From positions 745,292 through 809,291 of the forward strand of contig CP129470.1 in NCBI GenBank assembly GCA_030583685.1: DNA of 64,000 nt, in the 5' to 3' direction. Within the stretch, counting starts at the first letter, position 1, and each line of letters begins with the position of its first letter. A model generated the notes under the pieces. That model made no database searches and was not told the origin of the DNA. It saw only the letters and a list, made by a program, of their open reading frames with translations. Positions 1 through 9,316 of the stretch are shown piece by piece. The stretch is from Candidatus Dojkabacteria bacterium. Lineage in GTDB: Bacteria > Patescibacteriota > Dojkabacteria > GCA-002793355. The translations under genes and the position numbers were made by a program.

Positions 1-119
1 GTATATACGGCGCAATTGGCCTATAAACGGCAACTTTCTCGGCACCGCTACGAAATTATAAGTTTTACACTTTTCATAGGAATTTTGTTAATTGCGTTTA
101 ACTTCGGATTTGTACGCGT

Positions 120-800
120 ATGAATCTCGCACTCGCACAAGGACTGACTGCTTTTTGGATAGCATTAGCGTTGTTTGGCTTACTCCCCTTGTATTTTCGT
201 CCGCTTGCACGAATCAAAAGGTTACTTGCGGTGTGTTTGATTGGAATTGGTACTTTTTTTCTTTCAGTTGCTTGGATGAGCGGGGGAATTTTTCTGATAA
301 GCATTTATCTTCTGGCTCTCCTGTTTGTTGTCGTATCGACTGTGATGACCTATTATCTTGGGAAACTTGACTACTATACAGAAGAAGTTTTGAGTGAAGC
401 GTTCATTGTTACGGTGTTGCTTGCAGTAATTGGAATTTCTTCATCGTTGTGGCAATGGGGATTACACTCCGGATTACTAAACATCACGCTGTTGCGTATC
501 ACTCTGGTTGCGTTACCCGTCGTTGCAATGGTCTGGTGTGCCTACTGGTTTCAAAAAAACTTTCTTTATTGGGTAGTTATCACTTTTATTGTTCTGATGG
601 CGGTGAAATGGATGACCCTTCCTTTCTGGGGTATTTGGACGAGTGTTATTGTGCTCTTGTACTCCGTACTCACTGGAAATGTGCTCGCATGGATGGCATC
701 AACGACCTATGCAGAAAAAATACTTGCATGGAATATTTCTCCATCAAAAGTGTGGGGGCTGCTTGTTGCGAGTGCAGGTATTTTAATCCTATTTTTCTAA
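120..800 (+). CDS. hypothetical polytopic membrane protein
   Basis: 226 aa ORF made almost entirely of hydrophobic helices (about 6-7 predicted TM segments); no recognisable catalytic motif. Confidence 0.45.
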   Translation: MNLALAQGLTAFWIALALFGLLPLYFRPLARIKRLLAVCLIGIGTFFLSVAWMSGGIFLISIYLLALLFVVVSTVMTYYLGKLDYYTEEVLSEAFIVTVLLAVIGISSSLWQWGLHSGLLNITLLRITLVALPVVAMVWCAYWFQKNFLYWVVITFIVLMAVKWMTLPFWGIWTSVIVLLYSVLTGNVLAWMASTTYAEKILAWNISPSKVWGLLVASAGILILFF

Positions 801-1255
801 CCGATTTTCACAATTTCAGCAACAGTTTCTCCTGCTGGTGTTTGTACTGTTACGGTTGTTCCTACTTTTTGCCCGACAACTGCTTTTCCAATGGGAGAAT
901 CACTTGAGAGTTTTTTGTTTACCGGATCTGCTTCAAGGGTGGGGACTATGGTGACTGTGGTTTTAATCCCATTCATGATGATAGTCACTTGATCACCGAC
1001 CTGAACGACGTTAGAGTTCTTTGATTCTTTGACGAGTGTCGCTGTTTTTAGTTGTAACTTGAGTTCAGCAATACGCATTCGGGTTATTTCCATTTCTTCC
1101 TTTGCGGTAATCCACGCATTGTTTTCGCTCAAATCGCCATCTGCGCGGGCTGTTGCCATACGCACTTTAATATCAGGGAGTACGCGAGTTTGTAAGTCTT
1201 TGAGTTCTTGTTCGAGAGATTTGAATCCATCGGCGGTAAGCAATAGGTTTCCCAT
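797..1255 (-). CDS. greA: transcription elongation factor GreA
   Basis: 152 aa; N-terminal coiled-coil with acidic DGDLSEN finger motif and C-terminal FKBP-like domain typical of GreA. Confidence 0.85.
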   Translation of the reverse strand: MGNLLLTADGFKSLEQELKDLQTRVLPDIKVRMATARADGDLSENNAWITAKEEMEITRMRIAELKLQLKTATLVKESKNSNVVQVGDQVTIIMNGIKTTVTIVPTLEADPVNKKLSSDSPIGKAVVGQKVGTTVTVQTPAGETVAEIVKIG

Positions 1256-1639
1256 GATGTTTTCAATAAATTTAGGTGTTTGGGGTTATGAAAATTGTTC
1301 CTTGTGCGTTGCACATACGACTTGTGTCGTAGGTAGAGCATGCTCTACAAGGTTCAAATATTGCTGTGCTTTTATAGTACGCCTGATAAGGCTTATGTTA
1401 CTTATTTCAAGCACGCTACGCAATAAAAAACCTGTTGTTGGTACAACTACTCTAGTGTAGCAGAGAAAGGGGAGTTGTCAAGTGTTGAAGCGGATTACGT
1501 ACTAAAAGCTGCGACGAGAAGGAGAGTGGTTAGAAGATGAGTAAAGGTTTCTCGTAAAGGATTTCTGCCCTTACTTCAGAACTTCAATAACGTTGCAGGT
1601 ATTAAGTTGTAATAATATCTTTCGCTTTACCTGCTTTCT

Positions 1640-1648
1640 TGTTATAAT
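1640..1648 (+). promoter_or_regulatory. extended -10 promoter element (TGtTATAAT) driving tRNA-Glu
   Basis: TGnTATAAT ends 9 nt upstream of the mature tRNA 5' end at 1658. Confidence 0.4.
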
Positions 1649-1657
1649 TCCCCATTC

Positions 1658-1729
1658 GCCGCTATCGTCTATCGGTTAGGACACCAGGTTCTCATCCTGG
1701 GAGGCGGGGTTCGATTCCCCGTAGCGGCA
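1658..1729 (+). tRNA. tRNA-Glu (anticodon CUC)
   Basis: 72 nt cloverleaf read by eye: acceptor GCCGCTA/TAGCGGC, anticodon stem CCAGG/CCTGG with loop TTCTCAT, T-loop GTTCGATTC. Confidence 0.8.
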
Positions 1730-1899
1730 ATAAATATTCAAATCATGTCTTACTCCAAATTCAAAAAGAAAGGAACGCATAAGGAGATCTTTGCGGTCAA
1801 TTCGCAAGTTACCAAAATCGGCGATTATCCAGATAGAACGATTAACCTTATCCTTTCGTCAGAACATATGTTTAAAACCTTGAAACCCGTTTTGGAAAA

Positions 1900-2463
1900 A
1901 TGCTTGGTGGAGACTTAGATGATAAAAAGGTGGTGTTGATTCCCAATGGGGGACTCGGGAGCGATCGTGCTCATATGAGTTATGTTTACCTCGAGCAGTT
2001 TACGACGATTAATAATATGTATTTGAAACAATTGGACTTAGATCGGTGGCCCGTTTCTATTTTGGAAAAAACGCTTGAAGACTGTGATGTTATTGTCATG
2101 AGCGGGGGACTCGTTTCTCGCCTATTGAAAGCAATAGATGAATCTGGAGTCAGAGAAAAACTGCTGCAACTAATCCGGTCTGGTAAGCCCGTTATCGGAT
2201 TTTCTGCAGGTGCCATGTGCCTTTCAAAAACGACGTACTTTGCCGAGAAATATATTGGAGAAACTGATCCTTCGGTCGTTAACTATGTCCCCTTAGGTTT
2301 TGTCGATTTTGAAGTATATCCACATGTCGAGGAGAAGACACTCATTCCTGCAATTAAAGCCTTGTTGCCACCAACGGTGAAAGGGTTTGCATTGAGCCCC
2401 GCTGATGCACTTATTGTGACGCAAGGGGAAGTTTTGCAAGCAGGAAGTCCTGTCGCGCTATAA
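1900..2463 (+). CDS. peptidase S51 family (dipeptidase E-like) protein
   Basis: VIVMSGG and GFSAGAM motifs (Ser nucleophile elbow) and overall layout of PepE/cyanophycinase-type class I glutamine amidotransferase-like fold; N-terminus somewhat short. Confidence 0.55.
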   Translation: MLGGDLDDKKVVLIPNGGLGSDRAHMSYVYLEQFTTINNMYLKQLDLDRWPVSILEKTLEDCDVIVMSGGLVSRLLKAIDESGVREKLLQLIRSGKPVIGFSAGAMCLSKTTYFAEKYIGETDPSVVNYVPLGFVDFEVYPHVEEKTLIPAIKALLPPTVKGFALSPADALIVTQGEVLQAGSPVAL

Positions 2464-2469
2464 TACCGT

Positions 2470-3120
2470 ATGCTTTCCATTAATCTGCAGCAAATCGTTG
2501 AGGAAATTAATAGTCGTCGAAATCGGATTCGTTATCCATTTCAGGAATTGGGAATGATGTTAACGACAAAGTTGAATGATCCTCGTCATAAAGCGCTCTA
2601 CATGAAACTTGCAAAGTTTGAAGAGCAAGAACTCTTGATGGACGCAATGCATTATGTCTTAGCGACGCCTAATATCAGTGGAAATGTTGGAGCACTCTTT
2701 ATGTGGAAATTGAAAGAGTTAAAAAATCGGCCACTCCAGCCACTTCCTGTGCGATTTGATACCGATAAGGGATATTTCTTGATTGGGATGTATAAACATG
2801 CGGTAAGAGGGGATATGCCAGTTTTACTTGCAGGAATATATGAGTTTCTTCGTGAACAAAAAACGCTATCGTGTACGATTCTTGAAAAGAAGTCTGAGAC
2901 GGGATACCTTGTTGCAGAAACATTTGTCGAGAAGTACAGTGAATTCAGTAGAGATTTTTTAAGAACCTATAACTGTGCAGCGCGACTTACAATGAATTCC
3001 CTTTGGATGTGGAAAGGTGAGGAGCAACTTACTCAACGCCTGTCGATTGTTGGTACCATAAAACTCGGTGTTCCCGTATTGACAAAGCGATTTGTGAAGG
3101 GTAGAATGCCGTCAACCTAA
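2470..3120 (+). CDS. hypothetical protein
   Basis: 216 aa ORF, coding-like composition, no motif recognised. Confidence 0.4.
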   Translation: MLSINLQQIVEEINSRRNRIRYPFQELGMMLTTKLNDPRHKALYMKLAKFEEQELLMDAMHYVLATPNISGNVGALFMWKLKELKNRPLQPLPVRFDTDKGYFLIGMYKHAVRGDMPVLLAGIYEFLREQKTLSCTILEKKSETGYLVAETFVEKYSEFSRDFLRTYNCAARLTMNSLWMWKGEEQLTQRLSIVGTIKLGVPVLTKRFVKGRMPST

Positions 3121-3164
3121 ATTAGTTGCTATATCGGGAAACCTCTGATATAATTAACCGTCTT

Positions 3165-3377
3165 ATGATATCGCTCGATGGAAAAGTCCTCTCTTCACTC
3201 CCTGATGGGAAGTACAAAGTAGAGGTTGAGCATAAAAATAAGAAACGTCAGTTTATCTGTTACGTTTCTGGTAGAATAAGAATGAACCATATCATTATCA
3301 CAGATAATGACAAGGTGAAAATAGAGGTCTCGGAGTACGATCCAGGCCAAGGTAAAATTGTTTATAGGTATCGATGA
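3165..3377 (+). CDS. infA: translation initiation factor IF-1
   Basis: MISLDGKV...[34 protein letters not shown] matches IF-1 S1-like fold end to end; start taken at internal Met of the longer ORF 3126..3377. Confidence 0.85.
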   Translation: MISLDGKVLSSLPDGKYKVEVEHKNKKRQFICYVSGRIRMNHIIITDNDKVKIEVSEYDPGQGKIVYRYR

Positions 3378-3517
3378 AGGTTAAAGCAAGCGTAACCAAG
3401 CGATGCCCTAAGTGCTACGTAGTTATCCGCACTAAAAAGGGCGCGCATAAACCGCAAAAAAAAGTAGTTTACATTTATTGCAGCGCCAACCCAAGGCACA
3501 AGCAGAAGCAAGGATAA
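3374..3517 (+). CDS. rpmJ: 50S ribosomal protein L36
   Basis: Not in ORF track (<60 aa). Manual translation [47 protein letters not shown] = L36 zinc-ribbon (C-x2-C...C-x4-H); ATG overlaps infA TGA stop. Confidence 0.85.
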   Translation: MKVKASVTKRCPKCYVVIRTKKGAHKPQKKVVYIYCSANPRHKQKQG

Positions 3518-3535
3518 CTTATTGTTTAGCATATT

Positions 3536-3919
3536 ATGCCACGAATCTTAGGTATACAAATCCCCGACGAAAAGAAAGTGAGAGTATCACTTCGCTATTT
3601 GTTTGGAATTGGTCCAGCGCGAGCAGAAAAGATTTGCACGGTGTGCAAAATTAATCCCGATAAGCGAGCGCATGAACTGACCGATCCCGAAATTAAAGCA
3701 ATCCAGAACTATATTGAAGAAAACTTTGTTGTTGAAGGGTATCTTCGACAAGAAGTTCGCGATCATATTCGACGTTTGAAAGATATTAAAAATTATCGTG
3801 GTGTTCGACATATTATTAATATGCCTGTTCGTGGTCAACGAACCCGACATAATGCACACACCCGCAGAGGTCGAAACATGGCAGTCGGTGGACTTAATCC
3901 GAAAGTAACCAAGACTTAA
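3536..3919 (+). CDS. rpsM: 30S ribosomal protein S13
   Basis: MPRILGIQIPDEKKV...YRGVRH...VRGQRTRHNAHTRRGR typical S13. Confidence 0.9.
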   Translation: MPRILGIQIPDEKKVRVSLRYLFGIGPARAEKICTVCKINPDKRAHELTDPEIKAIQNYIEENFVVEGYLRQEVRDHIRRLKDIKNYRGVRHIINMPVRGQRTRHNAHTRRGRNMAVGGLNPKVTKT

Positions 3920-3934
3920 TTTTCTTAGATAATT

Positions 3935-4339
3935 ATGGCAGAAACAAAGAAAGCAGCAGTCGTAAAGAAGCCACGAAAGGCAAAAGTAAAAGTTCTTTCT
4001 GGCGAAGCACATGTACTTGCAACATTTACTAATACAATGGTAACAATCACTGATGAATCAGGAAATACCTTGGTTCAGTATTCCCCAAGTCGCGTTGGCT
4101 TCAAAAACTCAAAGAAAAAGACACCATATGCAGCAACTAAAGCAGCATTTGCCGCAGCTTCAGAAGCAATAGATAAATACGGGCTTCGAGAAGTTAAGGT
4201 ATATGTAAAAGGTGCTGGTGTTGGACGAAATGCAGCAGTGAAGGGCCTTGCTTCTGCAGGCCTTGCAGTAACATTACTTGCCGATGTGACACGAACTCCA
4301 CACAATGGATGTCGTCCACCTCGCAAACCACGAAAGTAG
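3935..4339 (+). CDS. rpsK: 30S ribosomal protein S11
   Basis: ...VKGAGVGRNAAVKGL...TPHNGCRPPRKPRK S11 signature C-terminus. Confidence 0.9.
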   Translation: MAETKKAAVVKKPRKAKVKVLSGEAHVLATFTNTMVTITDESGNTLVQYSPSRVGFKNSKKKTPYAATKAAFAAASEAIDKYGLREVKVYVKGAGVGRNAAVKGLASAGLAVTLLADVTRTPHNGCRPPRKPRK

Positions 4340-4360
4340 GTTAGTTGATTAGAAAGAAGT

Positions 4361-4969
4361 ATGATTGGACCAAAAGAAAGATTAAGTAGAAGAGAAGGAA
4401 CGAACTTGTACGTGAAAGGTGCAAGAAGTTTTTCTGCAAAAGAAGCATGGGGAAAAAGGCAAACAAAACCAGGACAACACGGTGTCCAGCCTTCAAAACT
4501 ATCTTCGTATGCACGTCAGTTACGAGAAAAGCAAAAAGTTAAGCGAATTTATGGCATGCGCGAGAAACAATTTAGACGATTTTTCTCTCTTGCCGTAAAA
4601 ACTGCGAAAAACTCGAATCAAGACAAGGGCTATATTATGCTCCAACTTCTTGAGCGACGACTTGATAATGTTGTGTATGCGGCACTCCTTGCAAAATCTA
4701 AAAATGCAGCACGGCAGGCAGTTTCGCACGGTCATGTGTATGTCAACGGAAAGAGGGTAACAATTCCTTCCTTTGTTGTTCGAGTTAACGACGTTGTTGA
4801 ACTGAAAGAAGATTTATATAACACCATCAAAGTTGATTATAAAGGGCCAATGGTTCCTGCATGGTTAAACGTTGAAAAGAATAAGATCACTGTTGTGACG
4901 CTTCCAAGCAGACAACAAATTGATCCCTCAATTAGAGAGAATTTAATTGTCGAGTTGTACTCGAGATAA
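4361..4969 (+). CDS. rpsD: 30S ribosomal protein S4
   Basis: N-terminal MIGPKERLSRREG..., S4 RNA-binding domain (LERRLDNVVY), 202 aa. Confidence 0.9.
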   Translation: MIGPKERLSRREGTNLYVKGARSFSAKEAWGKRQTKPGQHGVQPSKLSSYARQLREKQKVKRIYGMREKQFRRFFSLAVKTAKNSNQDKGYIMLQLLERRLDNVVYAALLAKSKNAARQAVSHGHVYVNGKRVTIPSFVVRVNDVVELKEDLYNTIKVDYKGPMVPAWLNVEKNKITVVTLPSRQQIDPSIRENLIVELYSR

Positions 4970-4986
4970 CTTTAAACAGACAGAAA

Positions 4987-5934
4987 ATGGTAGATTTTTC
5001 AGGACTAACCCTAACAAAGACATCAGAAAAGGAAGTCGGCGTTGTTGGAACATTTGAAATTGGACCGTTACCAAAGGGGTACGGAAATACACTCGGAAAC
5101 TCACTACGACGAGTCATGCTTTCTTCTTTAGAGGGATCCGCAATAACGAGTGTCCGAATTAACAACTTGACACATGAATACACGACCATCCCAGGCGTCA
5201 AGCAAAATGTTCTTGATATCGTCCTGCGCTTGAAAAATGTTCGAGTAAAGATGGATGGTGCAGAAACCTCATCAGTACTAACACTTTCCAAGAAGGGTAA
5301 AGGGGTTATCAAAGCAAAAGATCTTTCTGTTGCAAAAGGGGTAGAAGTGATTAATGGTGACTATGTTCTTGCTGAAATTACCGATGAATCTACAACACTC
5401 TCACTCGAAGCAATTGTTGAAAAAGGTGTTGGATACAAGCGAGCAGACGAATCTCTTCGCGATGAAATCGGAAGAATTCCTGTTGATACCTTGTTTAGCC
5501 CTGTTAGATTAGTAGAATTTTCAGTACTTCCAACACGAAAGGGTGCCCAAGCTGATTTGGACAAAGTGATGATTACGGTGACGACAGATGGAACCATTAC
5601 TCCAGAAAAAGCGATTTCTGATGCTGGCGGAATTTTGCGTTCCTTCTTTGGACAGGTCGCTGTTGTCTTTGGAAGCGAGATGGAATCAACAACAGAGTCA
5701 GGATCAGTAACAATGGGTGACTGGAAACTTTCAGAACTTGGAGTTGATGAGAAAATGACGAAAAAATTGGATGCTGTTAATATTACCACCCTTGCAGAAG
5801 CTGCCGCACAGGCAAAAACTTACTTCACAAAAGAAGTAAAATTAACTGCAAAGCAGGTAAAAGAATTAACTGACTTATTGGCGCAGTATAACTTAGGGTT
5901 TGCGAAGAATGCGAAAAAGAGTAAAAAAGCTTAA
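4987..5934 (+). CDS. rpoA: DNA-directed RNA polymerase subunit alpha
   Basis: 315 aa; N-terminal dimerisation domain and C-terminal domain with HhH-like LTAKQVKELTDL; position in alpha operon after rpsD. Confidence 0.9.
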   Translation: MVDFSGLTLTKTSEKEVGVVGTFEIGPLPKGYGNTLGNSLRRVMLSSLEGSAITSVRINNLTHEYTTIPGVKQNVLDIVLRLKNVRVKMDGAETSSVLTLSKKGKGVIKAKDLSVAKGVEVINGDYVLAEITDESTTLSLEAIVEKGVGYKRADESLRDEIGRIPVDTLFSPVRLVEFSVLPTRKGAQADLDKVMITVTTDGTITPEKAISDAGGILRSFFGQVAVVFGSEMESTTESGSVTMGDWKLSELGVDEKMTKKLDAVNITTLAEAAAQAKTYFTKEVKLTAKQVKELTDLLAQYNLGFAKNAKKSKKA

Positions 5935-6289
5935 CCTCAACCAGAGTACAAAAGCACACGACAAATTACTAGCAAAGAATCTTTTTACCTCATTGCTTTT
6001 GTATGGAAAGGTTGTGACAACAAAACCACGTGCTTCGACATTAAAGGCGTATGCATTGTCTAAAGTGAACGCATTTCGTAAGTTGACAACATCTTTGGAT
6101 ACCAAGCGATGGTTAAGTGCAGAGCTTTCTACGCAAGCGTATAAAGCCCGTGCAACAGAGAAGTTGAAATCATTTGGTGCAGATTTTGCAGTCTCAGTGG
6201 TTATGACCAGTCCTCGAAAGGGTGACAATGCACCACAATATGAAGTGTCAATTATAAATTACGAGCCAAAGAAGACCGATGAACAATAG
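5900..6289 (+). CDS. rplQ: 50S ribosomal protein L17
   Basis: MRRMRKRVKKLNLNQSTKAHDKLLAKNLFTSLLLYGKVVTTKPRA matches L17 N-terminus; overlaps rpoA 3' end by about 35 nt (start could be the Met at 5909). Confidence 0.85.
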   Translation: MRRMRKRVKKLNLNQSTKAHDKLLAKNLFTSLLLYGKVVTTKPRASTLKAYALSKVNAFRKLTTSLDTKRWLSAELSTQAYKARATEKLKSFGADFAVSVVMTSPRKGDNAPQYEVSIINYEPKKTDEQ

Positions 6290-6713
6290 AACAACGTGGA
6301 AAAGCGTCAAGGACGTAAAGCGAAGTTGGTACGAAATTGATGCAACTGGAATGTCACTTGGACGACTGGCAGGAAAGATTGCGAAGTATCTGATGGGTAA
6401 AACCTCTCCTGAGTATGTTCCGAACCTTGATATGGGTCATTTTGTTATCGTTACCAATGCTGGTTTAGTAAAACTGACCGGAAAAAAGGAATCATATTTG
6501 ACACTCCAGCGATATACTGGATATCCAAGTGGTTTGAAAAAAACAAAGGTCAGCGAATTAATGAAAAACCGACCAGAGAAGGTCATTCACTCCGCGGTAA
6601 AAGGAATGCTTCCTGATACCAGATTGAAAGACTCCTATCTCTCTCGATTACATATCTATACAGAGGCGACTCATCCTCATGAGGCACAAAAGCCAACTAA
6701 GATTACCGTATAA
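6279..6713 (+). CDS. rplM: 50S ribosomal protein L13
   Basis: MNNRTTWKSVKDVKRSWYEIDATGMSLGRLAGKIAKYLMGK typical L13. Confidence 0.9.
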   Translation: MNNRTTWKSVKDVKRSWYEIDATGMSLGRLAGKIAKYLMGKTSPEYVPNLDMGHFVIVTNAGLVKLTGKKESYLTLQRYTGYPSGLKKTKVSELMKNRPEKVIHSAVKGMLPDTRLKDSYLSRLHIYTEATHPHEAQKPTKITV

Positions 6714-6718
6714 GTGTT

Positions 6719-7123
6719 ATGGCGACTGTTAAAGTGAAATATTTTGAAGGAATTGGGCGACGAAAAGAATCAGTTGCTCGTGTGCGGATTATGCAAGACG
6801 ATGCAAAGACATTCGTTGTTAACGGAAAAACATTAGAACAGGTATTTCCAAGCGCTCTTGCCCAAGAACGAATTATGAAACCTTTTGTTGTTTCTGGAAT
6901 GCAAGGCAAATTCAGTGTTTCTGTTAAAGCTCAGGGTGGTGGTATGACCGGTTGGGCAGATGCAATTTCTCTTGGACTAGCCAGAGCCTTGGTTGAGTTT
7001 GATGCAAAAATGAAATCAGCCTTGAGAAAAGAAGGGTTGATGACGAGAGATCCTCGACAGGTTGAAAGAAAGAAAGCTGGTTTAAAGAAGGCTCGAAAAG
7101 CACCACGATTCTCAAAGCGTTAG
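6719..7123 (+). CDS. rpsI: 30S ribosomal protein S9
   Basis: C-terminus ...KKARKAPRFSKR and GGGMTGWADAISLGLARAL are S9 signatures. Confidence 0.9.
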   Translation: MATVKVKYFEGIGRRKESVARVRIMQDDAKTFVVNGKTLEQVFPSALAQERIMKPFVVSGMQGKFSVSVKAQGGGMTGWADAISLGLARALVEFDAKMKSALRKEGLMTRDPRQVERKKAGLKKARKAPRFSKR

Positions 7124-7879
7124 TTCATGCAATTCATGGAGTTGTTGTTTGTATAGTTGCTTTTCTGTTTCCGTACAGATACAAGGAATCAATTCACAAG
7201 AGCATGCTTTTTGAGATAGCGTCAGGCGAATTTTCCCTAATTCTTTGAGAAAGGAGAGTTTCTTGGGATCAACCAATCTTGCACGGTACGAAAGATAAAA
7301 CCCCTGTTTTGTGTAGGTATCCTGAGGGATTTTTTTGAGAATTGGAAGGGGAGTTTTATTTATCGAAATGAGTCCATTCTGAAAAATTACACCAGGAAAA
7401 AACTCTTGCAGGTCAAAGGTCGGCGGAGAAAAGGGAAGTGGTGTGGTATGAAGATGGTGTAAAAGTGATTCAATTGTTTCTGCTTCTTGTATTGCAACAG
7501 TGCTGATTTGCGGAACTTCTTGGTGTCCGTGGGTATATTTTGGCAGGGAGAGCTGGTAATTCGCAAGGAACTTACCGGTGAAATAGAGTGACGTATTTGT
7601 TTGAAGCATTCCCGTAGCTTCAAGAATGCCAATAACAATTGGAAGTTGATAGTATGGCAATGCAAGCGGAAAGTCTGCTTCAATTCCAATATATATTTTT
7701 TGTAAATACTTCTTGTAACCAAGTTTTGCAAGGATATTCCATATTTTTGGGGAAAAATCACTATACTTTTTTCGAAGACTTGAACTAAAACGAAGTCGCC
7801 GTGCTCCTCGAAGTATGGTAATTTCGACGGGTACAAGCTCGGGAATTCGATACAATTCTAAGAGTGTTGTGTAAACCAT
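7112..7879 (-). CDS. hypothetical protein
   Basis: 255 aa, convergent with rpsI, Cys-containing C-terminus (CSCELIPCIC); no family recognised by eye. Confidence 0.4.
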   Translation of the reverse strand: MVYTTLLELYRIPELVPVEITILRGARRLRFSSSLRKKYSDFSPKIWNILAKLGYKKYLQKIYIGIEADFPLALPYYQLPIVIGILEATGMLQTNTSLYFTGKFLANYQLSLPKYTHGHQEVPQISTVAIQEAETIESLLHHLHTTPLPFSPPTFDLQEFFPGVIFQNGLISINKTPLPILKKIPQDTYTKQGFYLSYRARLVDPKKLSFLKELGKIRLTLSQKACSCELIPCICTETEKQLYKQQLHELHELTL

Positions 7880-7913
7880 CCTTATCTATACCTCGTCAAA
7901 AATGATTAAGAAA

Positions 7914-7922
7914 TGATATAAT
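7914..7922 (+). promoter_or_regulatory. extended -10 promoter element (TGaTATAAT) for RNase P RNA
   Basis: TGnTATAAT located 8-9 nt upstream of the predicted P1 5' end of rnpB. Confidence 0.4.
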
Positions 7923-7929
7923 ACGGTGA

Positions 7930-8165
7930 GAAGGATGCATGAGCAGGAGCTCTTTTTCATTGAAGAAGAGAGGAAAGTCCCGCCTCGAGTAGGTCACGAG
8001 CGAGAGCTCGGTAGGAGGAATCTTACGGATAGGGTCACAGAAATAGTCTCAGAAATGAGGTGAAATGCCAAATTGGCTACAGATAACCCCTGACATCGAG
8101 CAAGTGTAAACGCTGAGAGAAATTCCTGCATAAAACAGAAGCGGGCTTACGGTGCATCCAGCTCA
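7930..8165 (+). ncRNA. rnpB: RNase P RNA (bacterial type A-like, compact)
   Basis: Contains universally conserved P4 strands GAGGAAAGTCCCGCC (5') and ACAGAAGCGGGCTTAC (3') with compensatory changes maintaining P4 pairing; 5' AAGGATGCA pairs with 3' TGCATCC (P1); no ORF; about 235 nt. Confidence 0.65.
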
Positions 8166-8185
8166 TTTTTTAGTGAAAGGTTATA

Positions 8186-9316
8186 ATGCATATTTCTGAA
8201 TACGATTACGTCTACCCTGAACAGGCCATTGCGCTTCACCCACCGAAAAAACGAGGTGGTTCGAAACTTTTTGTTGTACTGACACAAACTGGTGAAATTA
8301 TCCAAGATGTATACGAAAATCTCGACCGGTATATTGCTAGTACCGATGTTCTTGTGAGAAATACCACCAAAGTGTTTCGAGCTCGGATACAAGGGGTTCC
8401 GGTCTTGCAGGATAAAACACGTGCTCCTGAATGTGAAATCTTTTTGACAGAACCACATGCTCAAACGTTTGAAGAATATGCTGCAAGACAGTATGATCAA
8501 GAAGCAAACGGGTATCGGTTGGTATTTTTGGCTCCAAAACGAAAGCTTTTCCTCTCACAGCTCAATTATGTCGACCTTGGAAATGGCGTGAGAATTAAGG
8601 CAATTTCAGAGCGAGCAGGGGCATTTGAAGGTGTATTTTGCCGAGAATACCAGAAACTATCAGTTGATGAGTTGTTTGCCTTCTTTGAGCAAGCAGGTAA
8701 AGTGCCACTCCCCCCGTATATTCGGAGGGAAACTGAGGCTGCAGATGCAGCTCGCTACCAAACTATTTTTGCAGAGAAATTAGGATCTGTTGCAGCACCG
8801 ACTGCTTCTCTGAATTTTACCAAAACACTCGAGAAACGTTTGAGACAGCAGGGAACGACATTGGTAGATGTTACGCTTCATGTTGGAAGGGGAACTTTTT
8901 TACCACTGCGGCACGATGACATTGAGAAGAATGAATTACATTTTGAGCCATATTTTCTTTCTGCAAGTGCAGCTCGCTCGTTGCATCAAGCAAAGTTCGC
9001 CATGAGACGTGTTATTGCGATGGGAACTACAGCGATGCGAACACTAGAAACAGTTGCATCGGAGTTGCTGCAACATGACTACGAAGCACGAGATTTATCC
9101 GGGGAAACCAATTTATTCATATATCCACCTTTTGAATTTCGCCTTGTTGATGCGTTGGTAACAAATTTTCATTTTCCGAAAAGTTCCTTGATTACGTTGG
9201 TTGATGCATTCCTTCAGCATAAACAAGCAAAACAAACATGGAGAGAAATCTATGAATATGCAATACAGAACGATGCAAAACTCTTTTCCTACGGAGACTC
9301 TTTGTTGATTCTTTAA
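8186..9316 (+). CDS. queA: S-adenosylmethionine:tRNA ribosyltransferase-isomerase
   Basis: 376 aa; N-terminus MHISEYDYVYPEQAIALHPPKKRGGSKLFVV and overall layout match QueA. Confidence 0.8.
   Translation: MHISEYDYVYPEQAIALHPPKKRGGSKLFVVLTQTGEIIQDVYENLDRYIASTDVLVRNTTKVFRARIQGVPVLQDKTRAPECEIFLTEPHAQTFEEYAARQYDQEANGYRLVFLAPKRKLFLSQLNYVDLGNGVRIKAISERAGAFEGVFCREYQKLSVDELFAFFEQAGKVPLPPYIRRETEAADAARYQTIFAEKLGSVAAPTASLNFTKTLEKRLRQQGTTLVDVTLHVGRGTFLPLRHDDIEKNELHFEPYFLSASAARSLHQAKFAMRRVIAMGTTAMRTLETVASELLQHDYEARDLSGETNLFIYPPFEFRLVDALVTNFHFPKSSLITLVDAFLQHKQAKQTWREIYEYAIQNDAKLFSYGDSLLIL

Noticed and set aside
449-907. 152-aa ORF in alternate + frame overlapping the 120..800 membrane-protein gene
   Set aside because: Fully nested or overlapping in a different frame with a better-supported ORF; composition driven by the membrane-protein codons
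1029-1460. 143-aa + strand ORF antisense to greA
   Set aside because: Antisense shadow ORF of the well-supported greA gene
3587-4012. 141-aa minus-strand ORF across rpsM/rpsK
   Set aside because: Antisense to two ribosomal protein genes
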